A stretch of 33,159 bases of DNA from Anaerolineales bacterium UBA4823 (GCA_002402275.1 DHFN01000184.1:2274-35432); one strand, 5' to 3'. Shown: positions 1 through 9,510, counted from the first letter of the stretch. Numbers and translations: made by a program. Notes: generated by a model from the letters alone, not told the origin.

Positions 1-1060
1 CCGCCTCTCCTCTTAATTGGAGAACCGATTCGACAATTTGATAAATACCAGTAGCCCCTACTGGATGACCGCGTGCTTTTAAACCCCCCAAAGTTGCAAT
101 CGGTAATTTTCCATCTCGCCTGATCGTTCCATCTAAGCCTAACCGTGGACCCTGACCTCTTTCGGCAAATCCGCACGCTTCAAGGGATAGAGCGGACATG
201 ATTGAAAAAGCATCATGCAATTCAAAAAAATCAACATCTTGAGGGGTAATGCCCGCTTGTTGGTAAGCTTTTTGAGCAGATATTTCAGCTGCCTTTAACC
301 AAAGCGGATCTTTTCGATCATGAACAGCAATGCTATCCGAAGCTGCAGCTGAAGCAGCAATTGTAATTAATGGACGGTGATTTTGGTTCAATCTATCTTT
401 GGGGATAATCAAAACCGCGGCTGCTCCATCTCCAGTTGGAGAAGCATCCAGCAAATTAATTGGGGATGCGATCATTTTTGCGGATGTATATTCCTTTTCG
501 CCTATCCGCTCATGTAAACGAGCATATGGATTTGAAATCGCATTTAAGTGAGAATTGATCGAGAATGGAGCGAAATCGGAATGCTTCCAACCATATTCAT
601 ACATATAACGTTGCATAATCAAAGCATTAAGACCCACAAAGGTAACCCCATGAGCTGTCTCATAATCTGCATCTGCAGCGGTAGCTAGTGCCGCGGTGAC
701 TTCTGTGCCTTTAGCATCCGACATCTTTTCAACGCCTACAGCAATAGCCGATTCAATTAATCCAGAACTAACCGCCATCAATGCCTGTCTAAGTGCTGAC
801 GCGCCAGAACTACAGGCAGTTTCGACTTTAAAAGCCTCGATATACCTTAACCCAACCCAATCAGCTATTAATGCTCCCAGATTTTCTTGTTGGGAAAGAA
901 TCCCTGACATCATATTCCCCACAAATAATGCATCCACTTCCTCACGCTGGGCATCTCCCAAAGCTTTAAGGACAGCTTCGCCTGCTAACTCTCGCAATGA
1001 CTTATCCCAATGTTCATCAACAGTGGTTCGTCCAATTCCAATAATAGCAATTTCACGCAT
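1..1060 (-). CDS. Thiolase family protein (SCP2/archaeal-type acetyl-CoA acetyltransferase), 3' end outside window
   Basis: Absent from the ORF track; translated by hand from ATG at 1060 (AGGA upstream): MREIAIIGIGRTT..., nucleophile motif VETACSSG, ELHDAF, GGLKARGHPVGATG; open to the window edge. Confidence 0.92.
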   Translation of the reverse strand, partial: MREIAIIGIGRTTVDEHWDKSLRELAGEAVLKALGDAQREEVDALFVGNMMSGILSQQENLGALIADWVGLRYIEAFKVETACSSGASALRQALMAVSSGLIESAIAVGVEKMSDAKGTEVTAALATAADADYETAHGVTFVGLNALIMQRYMYEYGWKHSDFAPFSINSHLNAISNPYARLHERIGEKEYTSAKMIASPINLLDASPTGDGAAAVLIIPKDRLNQNHRPLITIAASAAASDSIAVHDRKDPLWLKAAEISAQKAYQQAGITPQDVDFFELHDAFSIMSALSLEACGFAERGQGPRLGLDGTIRRDGKLPIATLGGLKARGHPVGATGIYQIVESVLQLRGEA

Positions 1061-1262
1061 AGATATTCCTGATTTATATAATGATCTCTCGTTCGTGTTT
1101 GATTGTATCGTTAGATACTATCAATTGCTATCAAACCACCAGGTTATACGTAACCAACCATGCCGATTATAACCCATTGCTACAATGGCTTTTCTAAAGA
1201 CCCTGGTTTGTAGAATATGGGAGGAAGCTCTCTCTTTTAGTTTTCTTCTTATAGGTTTAAAT

Positions 1263-2213
1263 CTATTTATCTGCTTTTACTAATATATTTTCCAATGCTG
1301 AATCTACATCTGGAAATTTAAATTGAAAACCATCCTCAAGCAAGCGAATCGGAATTTGTTTTTGTGAGGCAAGGAGAGTATTGGCTTTCTCACCAAATCC
1401 AATGCGAAAAACCCACTCCGGTATTCTTATTGCAGAAGGACGTTTCATTACCTTACCAATTATTTTACATAATTCCTGGTTGGTAATTGTTTGCGGTGCG
1501 CATAGATTATATACCCCTTGGCTGGTTGGGTTGTTTATGAGAAAAATAATGCTTCTCACTAAATCATCCAAATGAATCCATGAGACCCATTGCTTTCCAC
1601 TCCCTAAAGGCCCGCCTATAAAATACTTATATGGAAAGAGCAGAAAAGGCAAAGATCCACCTTTATCCGACATCACAATTCCAGCAATTCGGATGATGAT
1701 CCTTTTGGTCGTTTGGGATTCAACCTCAGCCGAAGAATTTTCCCAATCTACACAGAGTTGGGCTAAAAAATCGTTTCCAGGAGGAGATACCTCAGTAAAT
1801 TCACAGTTTGGATGTTGACCATAGTAACCAACTGCTGATGCTTGAATAAAAGTAGCGGGATGCTGGTTTGCTGTCTGAATAGCTGAAGTGAGTACTAAAC
1901 CAGTGTTCACCCGGCTGGAGCGCAGGATTTCTTTGCGCTGTTTTGTCCAGCGTTTTGCCACCACTTCGTAAAAATTTTTTCCAGCAATATTCTCCCCCGC
2001 TAAATTAATCACGACCTGGCTCGCATTGAAGGGAGACACCCAATCTCCTAACGATTGCCCATCCCATTGGAGATAGGTAACCGAGGGCTTGGATTGGGGT
2101 TCAAGGCTTACTTGCCGGCGGGTAAGAATGGTAACAAGATTGCCTTCTTTGGCTAATTCACGAGTTAATGCAGTTCCTATAAATCCGCTCCCGCCAGCAA
2201 TGATTACCTTCAT
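1263..2213 (-). CDS. TIGR01777 family NAD-dependent epimerase/oxidoreductase (YfcH-like)
   Basis: Rossmann IAGGSGFIG, INLAGENI, ASAVGYYG, GSGKQWVSWIHLDD; start moved to ATG 2213 because AAGGAG lies just upstream. Confidence 0.9.
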   Translation of the reverse strand: MKVIIAGGSGFIGTALTRELAKEGNLVTILTRRQVSLEPQSKPSVTYLQWDGQSLGDWVSPFNASQVVINLAGENIAGKNFYEVVAKRWTKQRKEILRSSRVNTGLVLTSAIQTANQHPATFIQASAVGYYGQHPNCEFTEVSPPGNDFLAQLCVDWENSSAEVESQTTKRIIIRIAGIVMSDKGGSLPFLLFPYKYFIGGPLGSGKQWVSWIHLDDLVRSIIFLINNPTSQGVYNLCAPQTITNQELCKIIGKVMKRPSAIRIPEWVFRIGFGEKANTLLASQKQIPIRLLEDGFQFKFPDVDSALENILVKADK

Positions 2214-2302
2214 TATTTCTCCTTGTTTAATTTTACAAAATTGCTCCAATAATGTCAAATTGTACTACCCTCAATTAAACAGCGAAACGTTTTAATCATA
2301 TT

Positions 2303-2340
2303 AATAAAATGAGACCTGCTGTCTCCTCACCAGCAGGTCT
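2303..2340 (-). terminator. Probable intrinsic terminator after tRNA-Asp
   Basis: Perfect 10-bp stem AGACCTGCTG (2312-2321)/CAGCAGGTCT (2331-2340), 9-nt loop, followed on the - strand by CATTTTATT. Confidence 0.6.
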
Positions 2341-2368
2341 TTGCACATTCAGTGCAATATTAATTAGG

Positions 2369-2442
2369 CGGTCCCGACGGGATTTGAACCCGCGATCTCG
2401 GCCTTGACAGGGCCGCATGTTTGGCCGCTACACCACGGGACC
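2369..2442 (-). tRNA. tRNA-Asp (GTC)
   Basis: GGTCCCG/CGGGACC acceptor stem, anticodon arm CGGCC-CT-GTC-AA-GGCCG, T-loop GGTTCAAATCC, discriminator G, followed by CCT rather than CCA. Confidence 0.97.
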
Positions 2443-2453
2443 AGGCGTCTCGT

Positions 2454-2482
2454 ATCTTACTATACATAACGAACGTCGTCAA
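2454..2482 (-). promoter_or_regulatory. Sigma70-type promoter of tRNA-Asp
   Basis: TTGACG (2482-2477)-N17-TAAGAT (2459-2454), 11 nt before the tRNA 5' end. Confidence 0.75.
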
Positions 2483-2499
2483 GGCATAATTCTCTCTAG

Positions 2500-3960
2500 T
2501 TAGTGTTTAAACCTCTTTTCATGCTCTTGAATAACTCGATCGAGTTCATTCATCAGCTTTCTATCTAGGGATTCAGGATGATACTCCTGGAGTATTTTTT
2601 GAGCATCCCGTAATGCCCATTGACGGGCTCCATCTTTATCTTGTTCCCATACGTTATAAGGACGCCGGTCCATATAACGTGGCAGCCAACGCTCATTCAT
2701 GTGTTTTTTGGTATGTTTTTGAGCCAGGAAATTTCCTCCAGGCCCTACTGCTCGAATGACATCTAACGCTAAATTTTCATCATCCACAATAATACCTTCA
2801 AAAGTCGAGTATACTATGCTCCAAATTTCCGCATCGAGCATTAACATCTCATAAGATAATATTCTTGACCCATGTAATAAACCAGCTCCCAAGAGCATAT
2901 CCGAAAGAGTGGATACTGCCATAAATGCCGATAGACTGTTCTCAACAGCTGATTGCCATCCTGGTTCTTTTGCCCCAGTGGCAAATGCTCCCATGGATAG
3001 AGGAACATGATAAAAATCTGCAAGGTTATTAGTAGCGGCTCCAAATAAGAAATCTTCTGGACCACCGCCGGTATACGCCCCGGTTCGTAAATCAGCCGAG
3101 GTTTGAGCAGCAGCATAATATACCGGGCAGCCCGGAAATGCCATCTCCATCAACGCCAAGGCTGAAATGACTTCTGCATTTCCGACAACCAGGTTACCGG
3201 CAAGGGTTACAGGGGCAGTGGTTGCGCAAGATGCCATCGTCATATAACCAATCGGTAATCCTGCTTCAGCCGCAATGAGTCCGGCTTCCAGGCTACCTTT
3301 GTCATGTCCTAATGGGCTAGTCGTACATTGCATAACCGAGAGAATAGGTCGTTTGCGCAAGGCTTCTTTTCCGCCAGCTATGATTGCTGCCATTTCGACA
3401 GCTGTTTTCATTTCATTCTCATTAATTATTGATTCGGTTTGGAGGTGCTTCTTGCTCACTTGCCAGATTGCTTGTAATTCATGTAAACTACGACTGTAGG
3501 GAGGGCAATCCTGAGCTGATATTGGAACCCAATGAAATGCTATCTCATCGAGATAATCTGCAATTCGGGCAACATCGGATATATCTTTTTTGGTTGTTCG
3601 ACGTTTTTCTCCGCTAAAGGCATCAATAATTTCTACACCGCAACCATCCGTTCCCAGATGACTATAAGTGCCATCAAGGGGAAGGTCTAAAGAAGGGTCA
3701 ATTGCTGCTAAAGTGTAAACAGGTGGAGCTTTCCCTAGGGCATCTTCGATTATCTGCCCTGGTATTTTGGCAACCATCGTTTCACGATCAATTTTCGCTT
3801 GGTTGGCTTCCAAGATATCCAAAGCTTTTTTAGAAGGGAATCGAACGCCTACCGATTCAATGATGTCCAAAGTAGCAGTATGAATTTTTTGAATTTCTTC
3901 TTTTGAAAGAATATTCAAGCTAATGCGTGGTTCATGAACGCTTTTAACTTTACCTGGCAT
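2500..3960 (-). CDS. Trimethylamine methyltransferase (MttB) superfamily protein, non-pyrrolysine (MT1)
   Basis: N-terminal LSKEEIQKIHTATLDIIESVGV, APVTLAGNLVVGNAE, C-terminal LALDVIRAVGPGGNFLAQKHT; no in-frame TAG; adjacent to a corrinoid protein. Confidence 0.92.
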   Translation of the reverse strand: MPGKVKSVHEPRISLNILSKEEIQKIHTATLDIIESVGVRFPSKKALDILEANQAKIDRETMVAKIPGQIIEDALGKAPPVYTLAAIDPSLDLPLDGTYSHLGTDGCGVEIIDAFSGEKRRTTKKDISDVARIADYLDEIAFHWVPISAQDCPPYSRSLHELQAIWQVSKKHLQTESIINENEMKTAVEMAAIIAGGKEALRKRPILSVMQCTTSPLGHDKGSLEAGLIAAEAGLPIGYMTMASCATTAPVTLAGNLVVGNAEVISALALMEMAFPGCPVYYAAAQTSADLRTGAYTGGGPEDFLFGAATNNLADFYHVPLSMGAFATGAKEPGWQSAVENSLSAFMAVSTLSDMLLGAGLLHGSRILSYEMLMLDAEIWSIVYSTFEGIIVDDENLALDVIRAVGPGGNFLAQKHTKKHMNERWLPRYMDRRPYNVWEQDKDGARQWALRDAQKILQEYHPESLDRKLMNELDRVIQEHEKRFKH

Positions 3961-3981
3961 AATAAACCCCCACGATGAAAT

Positions 3982-4629
3982 TTATTTTCCAACTAACTGA
4001 CGGGCAATTTGTACAGCACCCATAGCGTCTTCCGCATAACCATCGGCGCCAATCTCTTCTGCCCAACCACGTGTAACGGGTGCTCCTCCAACCATCACTT
4101 TCACCTTATCACCCATTCCAGCTGAAGCAAGAGCCTTAATTACTTCTCGCTGGTTAACCATAGTGGTAGTGAGCAAGGCAGAAAGTCCAATGATATCCGG
4201 CTTTAACTCCCGCGCTTTCGATACAAATGTGTCGGTAGCTACATCAACACCGAGATCGAAAACTTTAAATCCATTGGCTGAAAGCATGGTCCCAACCAAA
4301 GATTTCCCGATCTCATGGATATCTCCCTTGACAGTGCCCAAGATGACGATACCGGTGGATTCAATTGCTTGATGGCGTTTTAATAATTCAGGCTCTAATA
4401 GCACCATAGCCTTTTGCATTCCATCAGCAGCAATGATTAAATCTGGCAAAAAATATTCACCAGTTGAAAATTTTTCACCGACGACATTCATCCCTGGAAT
4501 CAATCCTTGTTTAATAATTTCCATTGGTTCAATTCCAGCTGCTAAGGCTGTTTGAGTAATTTCCGAAGTAGCATCTGGATCGCCTTCTATCAAACTTTGA
4601 GTAAGTTTTGCAAAGAATTCCTGTGACAT
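3982..4629 (-). CDS. Cobalamin-binding corrinoid protein (MttC/MtgC-like)
   Basis: Cap domain (GLIPGMNVVGEKF, YFLPDL) plus B12 motif GTVKGDIHEIGK...SALLTTT...VGGAP. Confidence 0.95.
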   Translation of the reverse strand: MSQEFFAKLTQSLIEGDPDATSEITQTALAAGIEPMEIIKQGLIPGMNVVGEKFSTGEYFLPDLIIAADGMQKAMVLLEPELLKRHQAIESTGIVILGTVKGDIHEIGKSLVGTMLSANGFKVFDLGVDVATDTFVSKARELKPDIIGLSALLTTTMVNQREVIKALASAGMGDKVKVMVGGAPVTRGWAEEIGADGYAEDAMGAVQIARQLVGK

Positions 4630-4691
4630 AGTAAGCTCCTGAAATTATCTGAATGAGGGTTTATATATCAATGATACCAGAATGCACTTAA

Positions 4692-6584
4692 TTAGGGTAA
4701 ATATTTAATGGGAAAAAATAATGATTTTGAGAATTCTTCTGTAAATTTCGGATGGTTGGATAATTCAATGTAATTTACTTCATGAGCTATCTTACTAGCA
4801 AGTTCGCGATAGTATTTTGATAAAAGCATATATTTAGCCCCTGCTCCCGCTGCGTTTCCGACTTGGTGACATTTATCCAATGGTAGGATGGGAAACATTC
4901 CAATCCGCATTGCATTTTTTACATTAATGTAAGTTCCAAAAGCTCCCGCCACAATAAATTCATCGATGTCTCCAACTTCAATTCCAGCTTCGTATAATAG
5001 AATATCAATGCCTGCTCGGATAGCGCCTTTTGCTAATTGGATTTCATTGATATCTCGCCGGGTAACAACAACTGCTTGATGGTGCCCGGTTTCATCTTCA
5101 TTAGCGAGAATGAATTCTGGAAACCGACCGCTTCTACTTACCCGGGGGTGATGATTAAGGAGTGCTCCTTTTTCATCCAATATATCCGCATAATACATTT
5201 CTGCAATTACATCCAAAATCCCTGACCCACAAATCCCAATCGCAGGTTGATCCCCAATAGTTTTATAATGGATCTTCCCATCTTTGGTAATCTGAACTCG
5301 TTCAATGGCTCCTGGTGCAGCTCGCATTCCATCTTGAATATGGGCTCCTTCAAAAGCGGGACCTGAAGCTGTCGAACAGGAATAAATCTGGCGGTTATGC
5401 AACAAAGAGATCTCTGTGTTCGTACCAATATCTAACGCAACTACGGCTTTATTGGTGTAAGCCAATTCTTTGCGATATTGGTAAAGTGTCGCTAACAGCA
5501 TTGAGACATGATCAGCGCCTACATAACCAGCTATATTGGGAGGGAGGTATACGGATCCTCCCTTAGTAATATTCAATCCTAGTTCTCTTGCCCGAATCAA
5601 ACTGGCTTCCGATACTGCGGGTACATAAGGAGACAAGCCCAATTGTTGAACCGGGAAACCAGCAAAAAGGTGATGCATTGCCGTATTGCCAACGACCACC
5701 GCATCCACAATTTCGAGCTGTTTAGCGAATTTCTGTTCGATTTCAGCTTGCATCGTTTGGATGAGTTTATTTAACCCGTCCCTGATCCTTTCCTGTAAAA
5801 CCTTACTACCAGAAGTCTCACCATTCTCTGGGTGATTGATTACATAGGAGATCCGGCTGATCACATCTTCCCCAAAAGCGATCTGCGGATTCATCAATCC
5901 ATCCTGAACCAAAGTAACTCCGGTGTTCAAATCTACGATATATGCGGCCACTTTTGTAGTTCCAATATCTACTGCTAAACCAGCAATAATGGTTGGGTTT
6001 TGCGTTGGAATTATGGATACTAAATGGTCTTGATTGAAAATAGCTTGGATATTCCATTTCGCTTTTCTAAAAACGGGAGATGCAGAGGCTAAAACTGGAT
6101 ATTCTACCTTCATAGAAGGGACAATTGATTTCAGCTCATCCTGTAGGCGGGTAAAATCCGACCGAAGATCAGTTATTGTTGGAGCTGGGATGTTTATTGG
6201 GATAATTTGGATCGGGGGTTCGATGGCAATTTCTGCTTGTTGGCTTTCCAATTGCAGCCTTTGCAAAGATGTAAGCGATTCAGGAGGAATTTCAAGCAGG
6301 ATATCTGAAAGGGGATATGCTTGACAAGCGAGTCTATAACCATTTTGAAATTGTTCTTCAGTAAAAATATCTTTTTCCTCTAATGTCGGAGGAGTTAATT
6401 CACCTTGTACTAATCGAATTTTACAATCCCCACAGATACCAATTCCTCCACAGACAGATGTGATATCCACGCCTGCTAATTGAGCTGCCCCTAAAAGAGA
6501 AGTTCCTCCGGGTACCTGAATACGTCGCCCAATGGGTTGTAATTCAATCAGAAAACGATTTTGTTTTTGGCTATTTTCGGTCAT
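4692..6584 (-). CDS. ATP-dependent corrinoid reductive activator (RACo-type, ASKHA) with N-terminal [2Fe-2S] domain
   Basis: CGGIGICGDC...RLACQ ferredoxin, DIGTT, GEDVISRI, DIGTNTEI, SGPAFEG, GICGSG, AGAFG, VGNAA; ATG 6584 preferred over TTG 6593. Confidence 0.93.
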   Translation of the reverse strand: MTENSQKQNRFLIELQPIGRRIQVPGGTSLLGAAQLAGVDITSVCGGIGICGDCKIRLVQGELTPPTLEEKDIFTEEQFQNGYRLACQAYPLSDILLEIPPESLTSLQRLQLESQQAEIAIEPPIQIIPINIPAPTITDLRSDFTRLQDELKSIVPSMKVEYPVLASASPVFRKAKWNIQAIFNQDHLVSIIPTQNPTIIAGLAVDIGTTKVAAYIVDLNTGVTLVQDGLMNPQIAFGEDVISRISYVINHPENGETSGSKVLQERIRDGLNKLIQTMQAEIEQKFAKQLEIVDAVVVGNTAMHHLFAGFPVQQLGLSPYVPAVSEASLIRARELGLNITKGGSVYLPPNIAGYVGADHVSMLLATLYQYRKELAYTNKAVVALDIGTNTEISLLHNRQIYSCSTASGPAFEGAHIQDGMRAAPGAIERVQITKDGKIHYKTIGDQPAIGICGSGILDVIAEMYYADILDEKGALLNHHPRVSRSGRFPEFILANEDETGHHQAVVVTRRDINEIQLAKGAIRAGIDILLYEAGIEVGDIDEFIVAGAFGTYINVKNAMRIGMFPILPLDKCHQVGNAAGAGAKYMLLSKYYRELASKIAHEVNYIELSNHPKFTEEFSKSLFFPIKYLP

Positions 6585-6657
6585 CTTAATCAATCCACTT
6601 ATGTTTTGGATTATTTTACACGATGATTTTATAATTTAAGAATGAATTCAAAATTAC

Positions 6658-6697
6658 TTTACGGATGATTAATTTAATATATAATATTAACAATCAT
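6658..6697 (+). promoter_or_regulatory. Candidate promoter of the ABC operon inside an AT-rich inverted repeat
   Basis: TTTACG (6658-6663)-N16-TATAAT (6680-6685); nested repeats ATGATT/AATCAT and TTAATAT/ATATTAA. Confidence 0.4.
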
Positions 6698-6780
6698 GTT
6701 TGTTTTCACAATATCTTTTTCTGGCACATCAATGGGGTTTAGATAACGATTCGAATAGAGATTGAAAGGAGAAAAATATT

Positions 6781-8430
6781 ATGTGTAACTTCAAAAAATA
6801 CTCTCAATTAATTAGCGTCATTGTTATTACCCTAATCCTCATCCCCGCTTGTGGTCCAAAAACTTCAGCTAGTCCTAAAGTAACCACTTTTATTTTCACC
6901 CAAGAATTTGACACTTTAAATCCACTCTATTCTAATATGTGGTTTTCCCAAATCACTCTAGAGCTTTGGAATGGATGGGCATGGAATTTCAACGAGAAAA
7001 ATGAACCGGTTCCCTATTTAGTAAAAGAAATGCCATCCATCGAAAATGGAGGCATCTCTGCTGATGGGAAAACCATCACGGTTAAATTAAGAGAGGATCT
7101 TAAATGGTCAGATGGGATTCCTTTGACAAGTGAGGATTTTGTATTTACGTATGATATGACCATCTCTCCTAAAAATGCTGTTGCAACCACCTATCCCTAT
7201 GATCAACTTGCCAGCCTGGAAGCACCCGATAAATATACAATAGTGATGAAATTCAACGAACCTTTTGCACCTTGGCAAGCAACATTTTGGAAAGGGATTT
7301 TACCATCTCATATTCTTAAACCTGTTTTTGAAAATGAAGGCTCGATTGACAACGCCGAATGGAACCTCAAACCAACCGTAGGGTTTGGTCCTTATATTTT
7401 CAAAGAATGGGAATCGGGAAGTTATACCCGTTTTGTTGCTAACCCCAATTACTGGGGTCCTAAACCTAAAATTGACGAAATCTTCATCCGCTTTGTGCCA
7501 GATGATGCCTCTCAAATTAATGCACTCGAAGCTGGTGATGGAGATTTAGGAACTTTCATTGCATATAGTGATATTCCAAAACTCGAACAAGAAGGCATTA
7601 AAATCATCCCTGCTTTCTCGGGTTACAACGAAGGAATGTTCTTCCTAATCTCCAAAGAGCGAGGGCATCCAGCTATGTTAGATGTGCGTGTGCGTCAAGC
7701 AATTGCAATGGGGATTGACCGAGAATCAATCGTCAAAAACTTATTACTTGGGAAAACAGCCGTACCAGCTAGCTATTGGGATGCTTTACCTTTTTATAAT
7801 ACTCCTCCTGTTCAAAATTATCCGTATGATCCCGAAGCTTCCAATAAATTGTTAGATGAAGCTGGCTGGGTGGACAGTAACAATGATGGCGTACGGGATA
7901 AAGATGGCGTCGAGCTTGTACTGCGCTATGGAACCACAACTCGTGAAGTTCGGCAGGATACCCAAGCGGTGGTGCAACAAGATTTAGCGAAAATTGGCAT
8001 AAAAGTAAATCTCCTTAATTATGACTCGGATGTCTTTTTTGCTAGTTATGACAAACAAGGCCCAGCTGCTACTGGACAATTGGATATCATGCAATGGTCA
8101 GATACTACTAACTTCCCCGATCCAGATTACTATTACTGGTATTGTGATGAAATCCCTTCCGCAGAAAACCCCCAAGGTGCCAACTGGCAATACTTGTGTG
8201 ACGAAGAACTAGATAGCTTATTTAAATTGCAAGCCACCCAAGTAAATCCTGAAGAACGCCAAAAAACTTACCAGAAAATAAACCAGATTTTTCATGATAA
8301 TGTATATTGGCTAGGATTATGGCAGGATCCGGACATGTGGGCTCTGGGAAAAAGATTATCGAACTATAAAATTTCTGGCGTCACTCCATTCTTCAGCATT
8401 GGCGAATGGGAATTTTCAAGCGGAGAGTAG
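6781..8430 (+). CDS. ABC transporter substrate-binding lipoprotein, family 5 (peptide/nickel)
   Basis: Signal peptide with lipobox IPA-C, LKWSDGIPLTSEDFVFT, GFGPYIFKEW, DVRVRQAIAMGIDRE; AAAGGAG RBS. Confidence 0.92.
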   Translation: MCNFKKYSQLISVIVITLILIPACGPKTSASPKVTTFIFTQEFDTLNPLYSNMWFSQITLELWNGWAWNFNEKNEPVPYLVKEMPSIENGGISADGKTITVKLREDLKWSDGIPLTSEDFVFTYDMTISPKNAVATTYPYDQLASLEAPDKYTIVMKFNEPFAPWQATFWKGILPSHILKPVFENEGSIDNAEWNLKPTVGFGPYIFKEWESGSYTRFVANPNYWGPKPKIDEIFIRFVPDDASQINALEAGDGDLGTFIAYSDIPKLEQEGIKIIPAFSGYNEGMFFLISKERGHPAMLDVRVRQAIAMGIDRESIVKNLLLGKTAVPASYWDALPFYNTPPVQNYPYDPEASNKLLDEAGWVDSNNDGVRDKDGVELVLRYGTTTREVRQDTQAVVQQDLAKIGIKVNLLNYDSDVFFASYDKQGPAATGQLDIMQWSDTTNFPDPDYYYWYCDEIPSAENPQGANWQYLCDEELDSLFKLQATQVNPEERQKTYQKINQIFHDNVYWLGLWQDPDMWALGKRLSNYKISGVTPFFSIGEWEFSSGE

Positions 8431-8475
8431 CTTGAGAGAAATATCCTGCAACCATAACATCATTGGCAATGTATC

Positions 8476-9510
8476 ATGACTCGATATATCCTTCATAGAA
8501 TTCTACAAGGGATCCCTTTGCTGTTCTTCATCAGTATCATCTTATTTGTTCTCATGATGAACATGGGGGATCCCATTGCAACCATGGGAGGAAGAACAGC
8601 TACTAGACCAGCCGATCGTGAACGATTAAAAAGGCAGCTCGGACTAGACAAACCGATTGTTGTTCAATATTTCTATTGGCTGGCAGGGAACGATTGGACA
8701 AAGATTGATTTAGATGGAGATGGAATTGGAGAAACTTATGGTGAACGTAAAGGAGTATTGCGGGGAGATTTTGGATACTCCCTCGTCAATCGCGGCAAAC
8801 CAGCTCTGGCGGTTATCGGTGAGCGGATACCTAACACGCTCATCCTTATGGTAGCAGCAGAACTGGTCATTATCCTAGGTTCATTACTGGTTGGAGTTTA
8901 TTCTGCCTTACACCAATATTCCTTTACTGACCATTTTATTACTACCCTCTCTTTTATTGGCTATTCTATGCCGATCTTCTTCATCGCCTTACTTTCTATG
9001 TATATCTTTGCTGTTTTATTCAAACGCTGGGGACTTCCATACCTTCCGACAGTCGGAATGTTCGACCCTCAAGTCGGCAAAACCGCTGGGCAGGTTATTC
9101 TACACATGATTTTACCTGTTTTAAGCATTTCTGTTATTAGTTTAGCTGCCTACTCCCGCTATATCCGGAGTACGATGTTGGAAGTAATGAACCAGGACTA
9201 TATCCGTACCGCTAAAGCTAAAGGATTGCCGCGCCCGCAAATCGTTTACATTCATGCCCTAAAAAATGCCTCTCTGCCCATTGTAACAGTCATTGGATTA
9301 GATTTGCCTCTATTATTAGGTGGTGCAGTGGTTACAGAACGAATTTTTGCCTGGCCTGGAATGGGACGGCTTTTCCTCGATCATGTAGAACGCGGGGATC
9401 TTCCCGTCGTCATGGGAATCCTGATGTTAATTTCCGTAGCTGTGGTTGTATTTCAAATTCTTACCGATATAGTCTATGCTTGGCTTGATCCGCGCATCCG
9501 TTTTGGTTAA
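8476..9510 (+). CDS. ABC transporter permease, DppB/OppB-like
   Basis: LGLDKPIVVQY, RGDFGYS, EAA loop QDYIRTAKAKGL, TERIFAWPGMG. Confidence 0.93.
   Translation: MTRYILHRILQGIPLLFFISIILFVLMMNMGDPIATMGGRTATRPADRERLKRQLGLDKPIVVQYFYWLAGNDWTKIDLDGDGIGETYGERKGVLRGDFGYSLVNRGKPALAVIGERIPNTLILMVAAELVIILGSLLVGVYSALHQYSFTDHFITTLSFIGYSMPIFFIALLSMYIFAVLFKRWGLPYLPTVGMFDPQVGKTAGQVILHMILPVLSISVISLAAYSRYIRSTMLEVMNQDYIRTAKAKGLPRPQIVYIHALKNASLPIVTVIGLDLPLLLGGAVVTERIFAWPGMGRLFLDHVERGDLPVVMGILMLISVAVVVFQILTDIVYAWLDPRIRFG

Noticed and set aside
696-1172. 158-aa + strand ORF
   Set aside because: Antisense shadow of the thiolase; no recognisable motifs.
2500-3960. Pyrrolysine or selenocysteine recoding
   Set aside because: MttB is open with no in-frame TAG; no pyl/sel genes or interrupted ORFs occur in the window.
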